From Methanobacteriota archaeon (GTDB lineage Archaea > Micrarchaeota > Micrarchaeia > Anstonellales > J096): a stretch of 29,385 nucleotides of DNA. The position numbers and the translations under genes were made by a program. The notes beneath the pieces were generated by a model. It saw only the letters and a list, made by a program, of their open reading frames with translations, was not told the DNA's origin and did not search any database. The stretch covers positions 1-29,385 of the forward strand of contig RFJG01000064.1 in the NCBI GenBank assembly GCA_003694965.1. Direction: 5' to 3'. Shown one piece after another: positions 1 to 6,968 of the stretch (its first letter is position 1; each line of letters starts with the position of its first letter).

Positions 1-2
1 AT

Positions 3-848
3 CCATCTACATCTCTATCAGGAATAAAAACAATAGAAAAAGCAGAGGAGATAGTAGGAGACAAGGGAATCTTTTTTGAGTTTAGGTTAAACCTAAGAAA
101 AGAAGCAAGGCAAGATTTCTTAACGCTAACAAGAGAGGCAAGAAAAGGTGTTTATCACGTGCAAGATGGCTTAACAGGAGCTTCAGTTTTTAACTTGCTT
201 GGACATGGGTTCACAGACAAGATAAGAGCTATGTTAGTTGATGAGATAATAAAAGTTGCTAGCGAAAGAAAACTTAAAATAAACATAAGTCAGATAAAAG
301 GAAGAGGACCATTCACTCTAGTTATTGAAGGAGTTAAAGAGAAAGAGGCCACATCTCTCCTAAAAGCAGCAGAAAAGAACTTTAGAAAGAAACTATCAGA
401 ATATGCTTTAGATGCAAGTCCAGTTGGATTTACATCTAAGAACTTAGAAGGGATATCCGCTGCAGTAGATGGGGCAAGGCTTAGAAGATTATTCAGAAAG
501 CATAGTGCTATTTTCGAGTCATATGCATCAAAATTAGCGCCTTTCTTGGGTTTAGCTAAGAATCGATTAGATGAAGCCCTAAGAGCAGTAGAAAAAGCAG
601 GCTTTGATGGGGCAAGAGAGCTTATGAGAGAAGCCTTAGAAATATGGGCACAAGACCCTTCTGCAAGAACAGTTCTAGATTTCTACTCGATCCTAAAAGA
701 GCAAAGCATTAAAAGACGTTTTAACCTTAATAGTGATACAGGGAGGAATATGATGGAAAAGTTAGTCAAGGCTTGGGCTTTGTATGCAGCTGCAAGGGTT
801 CCAGCAGCTATGCTAAGAGAGGAGAGGAAGAGAGAAGTTGAGAGGTGA
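3..848 (+). CDS. Hypothetical protein, 5'-truncated by the window edge; contains a degenerate GGDEF-like segment
   Basis: The frame of the track ORF (159..848) has no stop back to base 3 (PSTSLSGIKTIEKAEEIVGDKGIFFEFRL...), so GTG159 is probably internal. Motifs FNLLGHGFTD and GRGPFTLVIEG resemble NDxxGHxxGD and GGDEF by eye only. Confidence 0.75.
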   Translation, partial: PSTSLSGIKTIEKAEEIVGDKGIFFEFRLNLRKEARQDFLTLTREARKGVYHVQDGLTGASVFNLLGHGFTDKIRAMLVDEIIKVASERKLKINISQIKGRGPFTLVIEGVKEKEATSLLKAAEKNFRKKLSEYALDASPVGFTSKNLEGISAAVDGARLRRLFRKHSAIFESYASKLAPFLGLAKNRLDEALRAVEKAGFDGARELMREALEIWAQDPSARTVLDFYSILKEQSIKRRFNLNSDTGRNMMEKLVKAWALYAAARVPAAMLREERKREVER

Positions 849-1602
849 GGAATTGGGAGAGATAGAAAAGGAAAGGGTTCATGTTAAAGTAGCTGGAAAA
901 AGCTATAGTCTTGCTGAGCTTGAGAAGATACTTGAGATAATTTCTTTCCCTTACTATCTAGATTCTGAAAGGTTGGAAGAATATGAAGAAAAAAGGCAAA
1001 GAATGCTCTCAAAAGCAGGAAAAGTTGCTAAAAAATATCCTGAACTGAAGGAAGTCATAGACATGGTTAAGAAAGTAGGGACATTAAATGCGATGGGTTG
1101 GGCAAGGAGTGCTTCTAGAAAACTTGAAGATCCAAGTACTCAGTTTGGCATTGAATTTGAGAGAGTTAAAGAACAGCTCTCAAAATGCCTTGATTTTATG
1201 GAAAGAGTAGGGAATGACCTAGAGTCTTGGGAACGAGCATACTACATGTATGTTGGGGCAGGAGTAGACTTGGATTTTTGGGAAATAGAAGAAAGAATAA
1301 AGAAAAAGAAGTCAAGGGAATGGAAAATAGTAAAGGAATGGTATGCGTGGCTTAGAAAAAACATACACACTTGGCCAGTCACTAAAGCCTTTGAGGAACT
1401 GGTAAAGGCTGTTGAAGAAGGAGACAAGAGTAAGACAGGTAAGATCATTAGAAGCTTTGAGATACTAAAAGTTCTTGAATCTACAAGGAAGAAGGCCGAT
1501 GAATTAGAAGTTAAAGAAGAGCTAAAGAAAGGTTGGAAAGTAACTATTGAAAGGTATGGCGGATTTAGGAAGAAAAGACATGAATTTATTGGAAGAAGAT
1601 AG
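838..1602 (+). CDS. Hypothetical soluble protein, 254 aa, Lys/Glu-rich and helical
   Basis: Long ORF with composition like neighbouring genes. TTG start overlaps the upstream stop by 11 nt. No family recognised. Confidence 0.75.
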   Translation: MRGEELGEIEKERVHVKVAGKSYSLAELEKILEIISFPYYLDSERLEEYEEKRQRMLSKAGKVAKKYPELKEVIDMVKKVGTLNAMGWARSASRKLEDPSTQFGIEFERVKEQLSKCLDFMERVGNDLESWERAYYMYVGAGVDLDFWEIEERIKKKKSREWKIVKEWYAWLRKNIHTWPVTKAFEELVKAVEEGDKSKTGKIIRSFEILKVLESTRKKADELEVKEELKKGWKVTIERYGGFRKKRHEFIGRR

Positions 1603-1752
1603 CAATGCCAAGGCCTAGGAAAACAGAAAAAGAGAGGCTAAGAAAATCTTGACCTTTTGTCTTCGTATGTTTAGCTCAAGCAGACTAACCATCTTCCAGT
1701 AGTTGCGTTCTGTCCACCTTTAGAAAATGTGGCGTCCGAACTTCTACCATAG

Positions 1753-2550
1753 TTAAAAGAGGAGGAAGTAGGCAAGAGAGACTATGAGTTGTGGGATGAG
1801 CATGGGGAGCAATGCGGGTATTGGCTTCCTTATCCTGAAGAGCCAGAGGAGCATCAGGAAATAACCAACTATAGATGTGGCAAGGAGCGTGTATGCTAAG
1901 TTGGGGGCTAGGGCATAGGCAGATATTGTCAATGCCGATGGCAATATTATGTCTCCCAAGCCCATCATCAAGCCAGCAAACTTGCCCTTCTTGGCTCTTG
2001 CTCCCTTGACTGTTGTTATCGTCATTGCAAGGTTGGTCTTCTCAACCTCTTCTGCCATGGCCACCATATGCTTTGTTATGAATACTGAGATAAAATCATA
2101 TGCGATGAGGACTAGTGAGAAGAATGCCAATGTGTAAAATGAGAAGGAGGTGCCTATGAAAAGAGAGCCCCCTACTGCTATTGTGAATGCTGTTAATTCC
2201 GTTACCCTCTCTCTTGCAATGACCCTCAAAAGAGTAAGGGCAATGGATAGTAGGATGGCTGTTGTTGTGTTGAATAAGAGGAAGTAAAATGTTATGAATG
2301 ACATCAACAATAGGGAGAGGAGCTCTATGAGTTTCATTATGATGGGCAGTTTCAAGACATTTAGAAAGACATAGACGGCTACGCTGCCTATTAGGAAGGC
2401 AGCTATGAGCGAGTATGTATTGGCTGGAGTAAATTGTTCCTGCTCTATTGGAAAGCTTGTAAATACCCTAATCCCCAAGAGGAATGAAATGCCCAGTATT
2501 AGGAACACCTTGATTGTATGCTCTACTAAGACCTTGCTGGCTACATCCAT
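1753..2550 (-). CDS. Presenilin/signal peptide peptidase family (A22) intramembrane aspartyl protease
   Basis: Multi-TM protein with YD (AYDFISV), GxGD (GLGDIILP) and PAL (PIPALLP) motifs in the canonical order. Confidence 0.93.
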   Translation of the reverse strand: MDVASKVLVEHTIKVFLILGISFLLGIRVFTSFPIEQEQFTPANTYSLIAAFLIGSVAVYVFLNVLKLPIIMKLIELLSLLLMSFITFYFLLFNTTTAILLSIALTLLRVIARERVTELTAFTIAVGGSLFIGTSFSFYTLAFFSLVLIAYDFISVFITKHMVAMAEEVEKTNLAMTITTVKGARAKKGKFAGLMMGLGDIILPSALTISAYALAPNLAYTLLATSIVGYFLMLLWLFRIRKPIPALLPMLIPQLIVSLAYFLLF

Positions 2551-2554
2551 GGGA

Positions 2555-4585
2555 TCACTCCAATAATCTCAGTATCCCTGGCCTTGGCTCATAGAGATCG
2601 CCATTTTTGAGCATCTTGCTTATCGTCCTCCTCACTTTGTACTCATCCATGCCATTTTGGACAGCCTCTTGGACAACAGCATCTATCTCAACAACATCAA
2701 CATTAGCTGAGATGCTCTTTATTATGTCAATTATCTCAGCAGCTATCTTCATCTCTCCTGGGCTCCTACCACTTGCTATTATGTCTGTAGAGATTATGTT
2801 GGTCTCCTTGTCCGTCATTATCTCGCTTATTACGTAGTTGAGGAGCATTTTGGCAGCTTCTGCATCCACCTCCTCCACAACAGAGCTAAGCCTTGCCTTG
2901 GCGTGCGCCTCTGCCATCCTTATTAAGCCTTCTAGATATCTTGGAGTTATTGGCACAGAACCTGTTTGTTCTCCCAACCTCCTCAAAGAAACATAGTAGT
3001 CTTTCAACACCTTAGAGGCCTCTATGCTTAGCACTGGGGAGATGTGCGACTTGGCATATGCTATGTACTTCCTAAGGAGCTCCTTGCTTATTGCTCTCCT
3101 GCTCCCTTCCCCTTCTTTCTCTTCGTGGGTTGAGCTGTGCATCTTAAGTATGTGTTCTGCCAACCTCTCATCTTTTGTTTCATTAAGTTCATCCAAAAGA
3201 GGGAATATGAGGTCAAAACGGCTCAACAAAGAAGGTGGTATGTTGAACTGATCTGGTATGTTCCTATTCTTGAGGAAGCGGCCGAGTTTGGGGTTGGCTG
3301 CCGCCACTATGGTTGTCTTTGCCTTGAAGGTAGCGACTATACCAGCCTTTGCTATACTCACTGTGCCGCTCTCCATGACCTCGTGCAACGAAGCCCTGTC
3401 CTCATCATCTATCTTGTCAAACTCGTCTATCGCAGCAACGCCGCCGCTAGCTAGGACAAGGGCTCCTGCCTTAAGAGTCCAACCACCCCCTGAGAGCTCA
3501 TCCTTCTCAGCGCTTGCTGTAAGGCCAACGCCGCTAACGCTCTTCCCGCTCACATAGACGCTCTTGGGAGCTATCTCACACATCTGCCTCAAGAACCTCG
3601 TCTTAGCTATACCTGGGTCTCCGACGAGCAATATGTGTATGTCATCCCTTATGGGCATCCCCCCTGGCGTTGTCTTGCCTTTCCTGCCTCCAAAAAGCTG
3701 GAGAGCAAGAGCAAGCTTTATCTCATCGTAGCCGTGTATATCCGGCGCTACAGAGTCCCTTATCTTGGAGACTATCTCTGGGTCTGATGCCAAGTTAAGT
3801 ATCTCTTCCTCCTCTTCTTTGGTTATCTCAAGCTCCTCAAAGTCCCTCTGTATCTTTTTTACGTGAGTTACCTCTACATACTTCTGGAATATCATATCTC
3901 CTTTGTTGTATTTCTTGGAGGGGTTTATGCGAAGTATGCCAGTTATCTCTACATTTTCTCCCGGGATTATGGTGTTAACAAGGTCATCCTCCAAGTTGAT
4001 GATTATCTTGGCTGCAGGAGTACCAGCAGTAACCCTCTCTAACGGATCTTGCACTTCAGCAACTTGGTAATCAACAAATGTTGCCTCGTCCAACCTTGCC
4101 CTCAAGAATGCTTTCTTACATGTTGGGCACTTTCCAGGAGTTGAGAAATTCCTGTCAACAATAAGTGGAAAGCGTTCAGCACAAGCCGGGCATTCAAAGA
4201 CCATACGCTTCGCCTTATGTATGACATCTCCTCTCCTTGTTATTAGGCCCTTGAAAACAAAGAGCTTGTTAAGGAAATGTGATCCTATGTTCTCTATTAG
4301 TAAGTCCTTGTCCGGGCAATTGTAAAACCTGACGTGCGGCCTAAACTCCTCTCCAGTTGCGTTGTGGAGGTTCATCTTCCTTATGGCTGCCTCTCCTCCC
4401 TTGATTGCCAGCGTTGGATGTTCCATAACTGCATCCGCGAGCTCTGCGTCAAACTTTTCCAATTCCTTCCAATCTATGTTTATGCTCCTCTTCTTTGGGT
4501 AGGTAACAAGGACGTTATTTATCTCTGCCATGTAGGATTTGGTAAAGAACCTGTCGAGCGCTTCTTGGAAAGAAATATCATCCAC
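2555..4585 (-). CDS. mcm: MCM replicative helicase, intein-free
   Basis: Zn finger CPAC..CPTC, Walker A GDPGIAKT, Walker B IDEFDK, SIAKAGI hairpin, arginine finger LLSRFD, C-terminal winged helix. GTG start. Confidence 0.98.
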   Translation of the reverse strand: MDDISFQEALDRFFTKSYMAEINNVLVTYPKKRSINIDWKELEKFDAELADAVMEHPTLAIKGGEAAIRKMNLHNATGEEFRPHVRFYNCPDKDLLIENIGSHFLNKLFVFKGLITRRGDVIHKAKRMVFECPACAERFPLIVDRNFSTPGKCPTCKKAFLRARLDEATFVDYQVAEVQDPLERVTAGTPAAKIIINLEDDLVNTIIPGENVEITGILRINPSKKYNKGDMIFQKYVEVTHVKKIQRDFEELEITKEEEEEILNLASDPEIVSKIRDSVAPDIHGYDEIKLALALQLFGGRKGKTTPGGMPIRDDIHILLVGDPGIAKTRFLRQMCEIAPKSVYVSGKSVSGVGLTASAEKDELSGGGWTLKAGALVLASGGVAAIDEFDKIDDEDRASLHEVMESGTVSIAKAGIVATFKAKTTIVAAANPKLGRFLKNRNIPDQFNIPPSLLSRFDLIFPLLDELNETKDERLAEHILKMHSSTHEEKEGEGSRRAISKELLRKYIAYAKSHISPVLSIEASKVLKDYYVSLRRLGEQTGSVPITPRYLEGLIRMAEAHAKARLSSVVEEVDAEAAKMLLNYVISEIMTDKETNIISTDIIASGRSPGEMKIAAEIIDIIKSISANVDVVEIDAVVQEAVQNGMDEYKVRRTISKMLKNGDLYEPRPGILRLLE

Positions 4586-4637
4586 AAAAGCTTATTGTGC
4601 ATAATAATTTTTAATCCAGAAGGGCACATTGCCACTA

Positions 4638-4696
4638 ATATTGATAGGTATATGAGTAGGATATTGATAGTATACTGCTAGGGTATTGGGGAGGGG
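4638..4696. repeat. Direct repeats ATATTGATAG (4638-4647, 4661-4670), a degenerate third copy near 4683 and G-tracts
   Basis: Exact 10-mer twice, 23 bp apart, each followed by (G)TATA. GTATTGGGGAG lies 22 bp further on. Located in the 130-bp gap upstream of mcm. Confidence 0.6.
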
Positions 4697-4715
4697 TAGT
4701 AATTGCCTATGTTGC

Positions 4716-5549
4716 TCAATCCGTTAAGGAAAAGAGGCCCTTCTTGAGCTCTATTACCTCTGCTGCCTCGTTCATAAACCGGAGGACCGCCAAGACTGCA
4801 TCCTCTTCTGCCTCAACACGCTTGCTTATCTCCGATGGGTGCATAGGACCCTCCTTGAGGGCCTTTTTGACCTTCTTGGATAGCCTTGAAAAAAACGACC
4901 TCTTGATGATATATACCTTCCCATCAAAGTGCTTGATAGCGTGGAACATCTCTTTCCTCCCCTCAAGGATGGAGAAAGCCTCTCTATCAGTAACTATTGC
5001 ATAGTCTGGAGCTACACGGGATAGCTGGTGAGGTTGTTGTGGTTGGCTAGCTGTAGGGTTGCCCTTATTGTCTCCATTCCCTTCCCTGCCTCTCCTAATG
5101 CTCCTACTACTTTTGCTCATATCCTTAAGCTCCTTGAAAACGCTGTCCTTGAATGCTATGAACTTCTCCCTTCCTTTCTTGTGGATGTAGAGCTTGCCCT
5201 CAGATATTAGGGATTTTAGTAACTCCACCTCCTCCTTACTTATTTTGCCTTTCATAGAGGAGAGTTTCCTTTCCTTGAATGGGATGTGGTAAAGCTTAAG
5301 AAGGAGGGATGTCTTTTTGTCCTGAGTGCCTTCTGTGTCCTTGGTGTTGGAAGTAGTGTGAAGGGCAGATGTAGTTGAAGGGAGTAGGTTGGTTGATTGG
5401 ATTGAAGTGGTTGGTTGAGCTGATTGCATTGGTTGGGTTGGCTGGCCTTGAAGGATTATTAGAATAAGGTTGTCCTTGACCTCCACCACTTCTGAACCTT
5501 GTGGAACTTCTATGATTAGTTTGCCGTCTTTTGAGTGCTTTTTTATCAC
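4716..5549 (-). CDS. Hypothetical protein with Q/P/T/S-rich linkers and probable winged-helix domains
   Basis: C-terminus KALKEGPMHPSEISKRVEAEEDAVLAVLRFMNEAAEVIELKKGLFSL fits a wHTH pattern. Central LLKSLISEGKLYIHKKGREKFIAF resembles a recognition helix plus wing. GTG start. Confidence 0.7.
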   Translation of the reverse strand: MIKKHSKDGKLIIEVPQGSEVVEVKDNLILIILQGQPTQPMQSAQPTTSIQSTNLLPSTTSALHTTSNTKDTEGTQDKKTSLLLKLYHIPFKERKLSSMKGKISKEEVELLKSLISEGKLYIHKKGREKFIAFKDSVFKELKDMSKSSRSIRRGREGNGDNKGNPTASQPQQPHQLSRVAPDYAIVTDREAFSILEGRKEMFHAIKHFDGKVYIIKRSFFSRLSKKVKKALKEGPMHPSEISKRVEAEEDAVLAVLRFMNEAAEVIELKKGLFSLTD

Positions 5550-5570
5550 ATATATGTTTGAATTTGAAGA

Positions 5571-5578
5571 TTTAAAAA
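5571..5578. promoter_or_regulatory. TATA-like box, possibly shared by two divergent genes
   Basis: TTTAAAAA on + lies 22 nt before ATG5601. The same bases read TTTTTAAA on - and lie 21 nt before GTG5549. Confidence 0.55.
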
Positions 5579-5600
5579 CCCAACTGCATTAAGGCTAAGT

Positions 5601-6098
5601 ATGGAAGAAAAAAGCCATAAAATAGAGGTTGTCCAGCTCCCCTTAATTGAGGGAGGGAATGTAATTGTAGGGATGACTCATTTCATTAAGTCGGTGGAGG
5701 ACTTGTATGAGGCAATAGTCCAGACAAACCCAGCTATGAAGTTCGGCATAGCGTTCAATGAAGCGAGTGGAGACAGGCTCATAAGGACAGAAGGTAATGA
5801 TGAGGAGTTAGTAAATGTTGCTGTTGAAGCGGCTAAAAAGGTTGGAGCTGGTCACACATTCTACATATATATGAAAGAGGGCTGGCCAGTAAACATACTT
5901 GACAGGGTCAGAAATGTCCCAGAGGTTGTATCGCTCATAGCTGCCACTGCCAACCCACTCCAAGTCGTTGTTATAGAGACAGGGCAGGGGAGAGGTATAA
6001 TAGGAGTTGTTGATGGCGGCTCTCCAAAAGGGGTTGAGGATAGCCTTAAAAAGCAAGAGAGGAAAGAGTTCCTAAGGAAGGTTGGTTATAAATTATAG
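5601..6098 (+). CDS. Adenosine-specific kinase family protein (DUF355/PAE2307-like)
   Basis: Characteristic motifs [43 protein letters not shown] and [12 protein letters not shown]. Confidence 0.92.
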   Translation: MEEKSHKIEVVQLPLIEGGNVIVGMTHFIKSVEDLYEAIVQTNPAMKFGIAFNEASGDRLIRTEGNDEELVNVAVEAAKKVGAGHTFYIYMKEGWPVNILDRVRNVPEVVSLIAATANPLQVVVIETGQGRGIIGVVDGGSPKGVEDSLKKQERKEFLRKVGYKL

Positions 6099-6114
6099 AA
6101 GAGAGGAGATTATT

Positions 6115-6414
6115 ATGGTAAAAGCTGAAATGTATGTGCCCGAAAACAAGAAGAAAGCTGGGAAAGGGGCTGGAAAATTTGACGAATTCATTAAGCAGAA
6201 TGAGAAGGAAATTGAGAAACTAGCTAAGGAATTCCCGAAGGCCACTAAGGCCGGAATAAAGGACCTCGTGTTCTTGATATGGCAGGCAGAGCAGGTTAAG
6301 GGCAAAAAGAAGATATTCACTAAGGCTAGGCGCTTAATGAAAACACTGTTCAAGAGCAGCTGGGTAAGTATGTTGTCAGCCTTCAAGCTCGTTGGGGACA
6401 TATTCAAGAGATGA
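6115..6414 (+). CDS. Small basic hypothetical protein (99 aa) with an amphipathic C-terminal helix
   Basis: ATG6115 follows SD-like GAGGAG (6103-6108). The track start at 6082 overlaps the kinase gene and is less likely. Confidence 0.7.
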   Translation: MVKAEMYVPENKKKAGKGAGKFDEFIKQNEKEIEKLAKEFPKATKAGIKDLVFLIWQAEQVKGKKKIFTKARRLMKTLFKSSWVSMLSAFKLVGDIFKR

Positions 6415-6418
6415 TGCA

Positions 6419-6934
6419 ATGTTATTTGATGAGCTCCTCCTAAATGGAATCTTGTTCGTTGTGTTCTTGGCAACTGGCTATGTTGTGGACATTACAGATT
6501 ATGTATTCGATAGATTGAGGAAAAAATTGGGGGGAGCGCTTTTCGGCGTTTTTATCATAACAGTTACGCTTGCTTCTTTCCTATCCCTCCTGTTCTTCCC
6601 ATCGCAATTCCTTGGCATTGTCCTAGGCCTCCTCATCTCTAAGAAGCTGGACAAGCCAATTTTCCTAGTTATTGCCGTATTGCTATTCTATGTATTTGTT
6701 GAGCCTGTTGATATGCGCTTGTTATTGCTGTTTGGGGCAGCTTCCTTCTTTGATGAGCAAAGCTATTTTAGGGAGATTGGCAGGCCCGTTGTCAAACTAG
6801 CAGCCATAGTGTATGCTGTTGTGAGTGGCGATGTCCTATTCCTTAGTGCCATGGCAGGTTTTGACCTTGGCTACGACATAGCAACAAAAGAACTTGAAAA
6901 AAGGAAGGGAATAGCTCCTAGCCTACTCCCCTAA
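6419..6934 (+). CDS. Hypothetical multi-pass membrane protein (171 aa)
   Basis: Several hydrophobic segments. ATG6419 lies 4 nt after the upstream stop and is preferred over TTG6392. Confidence 0.8.
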   Translation: MLFDELLLNGILFVVFLATGYVVDITDYVFDRLRKKLGGALFGVFIITVTLASFLSLLFFPSQFLGIVLGLLISKKLDKPIFLVIAVLLFYVFVEPVDMRLLLLFGAASFFDEQSYFREIGRPVVKLAAIVYAVVSGDVLFLSAMAGFDLGYDIATKELEKRKGIAPSLLP

Positions 6935-6937
6935 ATG

Positions 6938-6945
6938 TTTATATA
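6938..6945 (+). promoter_or_regulatory. TATA box for the giant gene; leaderless geometry
   Basis: TTTATATA lies 23 nt before GTG6969. Confidence 0.65.
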
Positions 6946-6968
6946 AAGATGTAGACATAAAATAAAGT

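Noticed and set aside
1586-1750. Pseudogene for a tail-anchored membrane protein on the - strand (two in-frame stops, hydrophobic end FSVFLGLGIAIFFQ)
   Set aside because: The hydrophobic tail is explained as the antisense of purine-rich + strand sequence, and no homolog is recognisable.
2555-4585. Inteins or splits in MCM or PolD
   Set aside because: Protein lengths are compact, motifs are contiguous and no LAGLIDADG or Hint motifs were seen.
4586-4715. Canonical ORB or mini-ORB origin
   Set aside because: No TCCA..GAAA..GGGG-type ORB consensus could be matched and no orc1/cdc6 gene is in the window. Kept only as a non-canonical repeat finding.
5340-5450. GT-rich low-complexity DNA as a repeat element
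   Set aside because: It encodes the in-frame Q/P/T/S linker of the 4716..5549 protein.
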